DNA of 64,000 nucleotides. Origin: Schizosaccharomyces osmophilus (taxonomy: Eukaryota). A program made the translations under genes and the position numbers. Below, piece after piece: positions 61,119 through 64,000 of this stretch. The notes below the pieces were generated by a model. That model did no database searches, was not told the DNA's origin, and saw only the letters and a list, made by a program, of their open reading frames with translations. Each line of letters opens with the position of its first letter. The stretch's first letter is position 1. Where the stretch lies: the NCBI RefSeq assembly GCF_027921745.1, contig NC_079238.1:1240001-1304000 (forward strand), read 5' to 3'.

Positions 61119-61377
61119 TTTGTTTACCTTTACAAAAACAAGATGAAAAACAAACTATTGAAAGAAATTGAAACGGAACTTGGCATGTATTTTCATTTGG
61201 ATGACCTTCTGTGACTATATTCGCATTCGCATTTTATAGCAAAAACACGATTTTTCTTTGTAACTATTCCTTGTATTTATTGTTTACTTTGAGGTTTATT
61301 TCTTGTACAACCCCTACGCTGTAAGATGTTTCATGGTAGAACATTGTTTATATTTTTACGGGACAGATGTAAACAAA
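61119..61377. promoter_or_regulatory. Cluster of three forkhead/FLEX sites
   Basis: GTAAACAAA on minus at 61119-61127, GTAAACA on minus at 61281-61287, GTAAACAAA on plus at 61369-61377. Confidence 0.55.
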
Positions 61378-61425
61378 TACGACACATCCCCAACTTGCTT
61401 TCAACAACATCCTACACCTTTGGAT

Positions 61426-61611
61426 ATGGAAGAAAACAAAGAAAATCAATTGAATTTGCCCAAATTATCAATCCCTGAGAATATACAGGTATTCCAGGGC
61501 AAATACTATACGCTGGACGGTGAACAAACACCAAACCCAGATGGTGCAGCCGAGTTTAAAACCTGTAAAGCGTTATACTACAAATCAAAAAAACCAATCC
61601 CTGGGAGATAA
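61426..61611 (+). CDS. Small hypothetical protein, 61 aa, N-terminal KEN motif
   Basis: MEENKENQLNLPKLSIPENIQVFQGKYYTLDGEQTPNPDGAAEFKTCKALYYKSKKPIPGR. Protein-like composition inside an otherwise AT-rich 1.5-kb gap, with FLEX sites upstream. Confidence 0.55.
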   Translation: MEENKENQLNLPKLSIPENIQVFQGKYYTLDGEQTPNPDGAAEFKTCKALYYKSKKPIPGR

Positions 61612-62337
61612 GAAATGGATTTATTCTGTTTGTACATGCTTCAAATGGCCTTTAGCTGGAAAGGTCCGTACGAAATGCATACCTATTCATTCTTTGATTC
61701 TGATGAAAAATATCCAAAAACAAATCAGCGTTTCAATCTCATGAAATTGATAAACCAATTATGAATGCTTCCAGAACGTGGACTACATTTTCCTCAGAAA
61801 CGCTCATAAACAGGAAGATTTAAAAAAATTCCATATATTATACAACATAATAAGAATAACCCGAGAACATGAGTTTTCCTAACATTGTATACGTTCGTAG
61901 AAGAAGGCTAACATTGTGAGGTTCAGGAAACAAGTTGTTTATAAAAAAAAAACACAAATAGCGTTTGATCATTACTGTGATGTTCTATGGAACTTATAAA
62001 TCAGTTCATTTTTAGAACGACGATTGCCCAAAAGCCTAGAACCTAACTTTCTTTTTAAAAGGAAACAGGGAAAAATAATTGTCGAATTAGAAACGGTAAA
62101 ACAAACAGCCGGGTTTCCTCGTGTTTGCTCTGTTCATGATAGAATGTCTGTTTTTGGTGGAACAACCATCGTCAAAGGATTTTTATGCGCAAACATCCTT
62201 GTCTTATATATATTTTTGTTTAAAAAATATAAAAAATAAAAAACCTTAGTTATTAAGTAATCAGAACGTTCTCATTATTATACGTGACCGGAATGGTGTC
62301 TCGAAAAATGTACATCCTCTCCAAATAATGCAGGAAA

Positions 62338-62981
62338 TTACTGGATAAGACAACATGAATTTTGTTTCTTTGCAGACTTGTAAAACATACGAGATTGACT
62401 AGACAAATTGTCGCTACGAGCAATCAAATCATCCAGTTTCTCACCACGAGCTAAAACACTTTCAATGGTTCTATGAAGCACATCCTTTGTCTCATCCAAT
62501 TCTTGCTGCACACGCATAATTGTGTCTGCCTGTTTCGGATCCTGGTATTTTGATAAGTACGTATCGAGCTCTGGGAATGGAAGGGTAACTGCACCAGACT
62601 CCCATTTTTGACGAGGGTTTTTTGTAACAAACTCATCTAATAATTTATTCAACAAAGTGTATGCGACTCGCAAAGGATATTCTTTGTCGCTTGCAATGAC
62701 ACCACACAAACCATCTGAACGATTATAAACATGAAATACATAGTCTGATTCTTCAACGTCTTGTCTTTGTCCAGGGCTAGTTCTTTCCGTCACCGTCTTC
62801 GTAAAAAATGTCATGAACTCTCCAACACTAATTTCATACGCTGTTAGCTAAAAATTCATATACCGTGATTTCCATACGTAGACCTCTGAAAGAAGGAGAA
62901 GCTCGAAAGATCTGAAGCTGTACATAGCAACTGAACTGGCTTTGGGTCAAACCGAAGAATAGAAATTGAATACAGCTTCAT
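62338..62981 (-). CDS. ykt6: Longin R-SNARE Ykt6; exons 62981-62878, 62827-62338
   Basis: 197 aa: [30 protein letters not shown] motif [11 protein letters not shown]-terminal CCLIQ lipidation motif. Confidence 0.96.
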
Positions 62982-63258
62982 CTTCTTCTTAATGCTGCAA
63001 GTTATAGCGTTTTGGTTCCGACCAAGTTTGTTTCTACCATACTTGATAACACCTCATGGATTACCGCGCTGCACCGCAGATTGCTATACCTGAATCGAGT
63101 ACAAAATACTGCCTTCGGCAAAAACCCATTAACCAGTTTATATAGCCTTTTAAGATCAGTTCATTAGGAATTGTAAGAAAGTACTTCTTCTACAGAATTA
63201 GGAATTTGAGAAACTTGCCTTCTTTGAGAAATCGCGAAACTTTTTGATACTGGCTTAT

Positions 63259-64000
63259 ATGGAATTAGCGCTCAAGCATGTAACGAATCGCTTAGAAAAG
63301 CTGGATTCGAATTGTTTTCAAGATGATATTTATACTTTTGAACCGAAGAATGTGAATTCTTCACTACATTCGGTTGGAAGAACCATTAATGATATTTTGG
63401 ATACGACTTACACATTTCTACCAAAAAAAGTACCTATACAAGAAAATGAATTGGTCGAGGATACAATCTCTAATTTACGTTGGCTAAAGGAAAAATGTGA
63501 AACAGTTTGCTCTACTATGGATGCGGAATTGAGCCCTTCCACCTTGTTCGACTCGATTGTTGAGGCCCTTCTATCAGAAAACGACGAATTGACTGTACAG
63601 GAGGATTTGATTAATCTCGTCGGTTTTGAAAATGTTGAGCTCTTATCTCAGATTTTTGAAAGGTCATCGTTAATTTTGCAGGAGTACACTAGTCAATCGA
63701 TTTCCATGGACGAAAAAGCTTCCGCAGACCCAAGTGTTACTCACGGACAAGCCCTTTTGGATTCTATTCGAACAAAGGGACCTCAATTTACACGATCCAA
63801 AGACAACCGCGGTCCATTATTTACTGGACAGCAAGTTTTCGAAAGTGAAAAGTATCCCCATGTTTACGGTGACAAAAGGCTTGGAAATACTATTAGTGTC
63901 ATCGGCAAGAAATTCGCTTTGCCAGCTGGAAGTCAACGAGATGACTATGACAAATACGAGGAAATAACTGTCCCTCCTGCAAAACATATACCCCCTATGC
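63259..64000 (+). CDS. mug81: Ski2-like helicase Slh1/ASCC3 (Mug81), 5' part only; runs off the window
   Basis: Open frame from ATG 63259 to the window end (absent from the ORF track because it has no stop). Contains LVGFENVELL, KYPHVY and KFALPAGS..YEEITVP of the Slh1/Brr2 N-terminal region. Confidence 0.85.
   Translation, partial: MELALKHVTNRLEKLDSNCFQDDIYTFEPKNVNSSLHSVGRTINDILDTTYTFLPKKVPIQENELVEDTISNLRWLKEKCETVCSTMDAELSPSTLFDSIVEALLSENDELTVQEDLINLVGFENVELLSQIFERSSLILQEYTSQSISMDEKASADPSVTHGQALLDSIRTKGPQFTRSKDNRGPLFTGQQVFESEKYPHVYGDKRLGNTISVIGKKFALPAGSQRDDYDKYEEITVPPAKHIPPM

Noticed and set aside
57..63967. Many antisense or alternate-frame ORFs inside genes (for example 392-727, 5740-6159, 14973-15368, 22031-22417, 63734-63967)
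   Set aside because: These are shadow ORFs of real coding sequences, with no independent evidence.

Overview
This is fission-yeast (Schizosaccharomyces) nuclear DNA. Gene content and order match my recollection of the S. pombe chromosome II SPBC21C3/SPBC31F10/SPBC13G1 region, but the proteins look diverged from the S. pombe ones, so it is probably a sister species such as S. octosporus, S. cryophilus or S. osmophilus; the species cannot be fixed from this window. The window is gene-dense: 30 recognisable protein-coding genes (the last one partial), one small candidate ORF and one intron-containing tRNA-Tyr(GUA). I rebuilt 35 GT-AG introns by hand from donor, branch and acceptor motifs plus frame continuity. 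Order: ubx4, tRNA-Tyr, rib7, FAH-family, car2, trm140, Aim11-like, sap62, mito bL34, ABC1 kinase, dep1, vps13, bch1, atp15, hip3, hip1, tma20, cwf4, mub1, med10, mde2, lsb5, sar1, mug37-like, med17, ChaC, thioesterase, tfb2, did2, small ORF, ykt6, slh1/mug81. I saw no transposon, LTR, wtf gene, 5S rDNA or CRISPR. This is mostly core genome and no new system is proven. The best leads, all inference, are: (1) a SPATA22-like OB fold in the mug37-like protein, with MCB sites upstream; (2) a 61-aa KEN-box ORF behind three forkhead/FLEX sites; (3) AUG-less in-frame presequence-like extensions upstream of the FAH-family gene and trm140; (4) a long, highly self-complementary intron in the splicing factor gene sap62. 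Gene names come from recognising motifs and synteny from memory, not from database searches.
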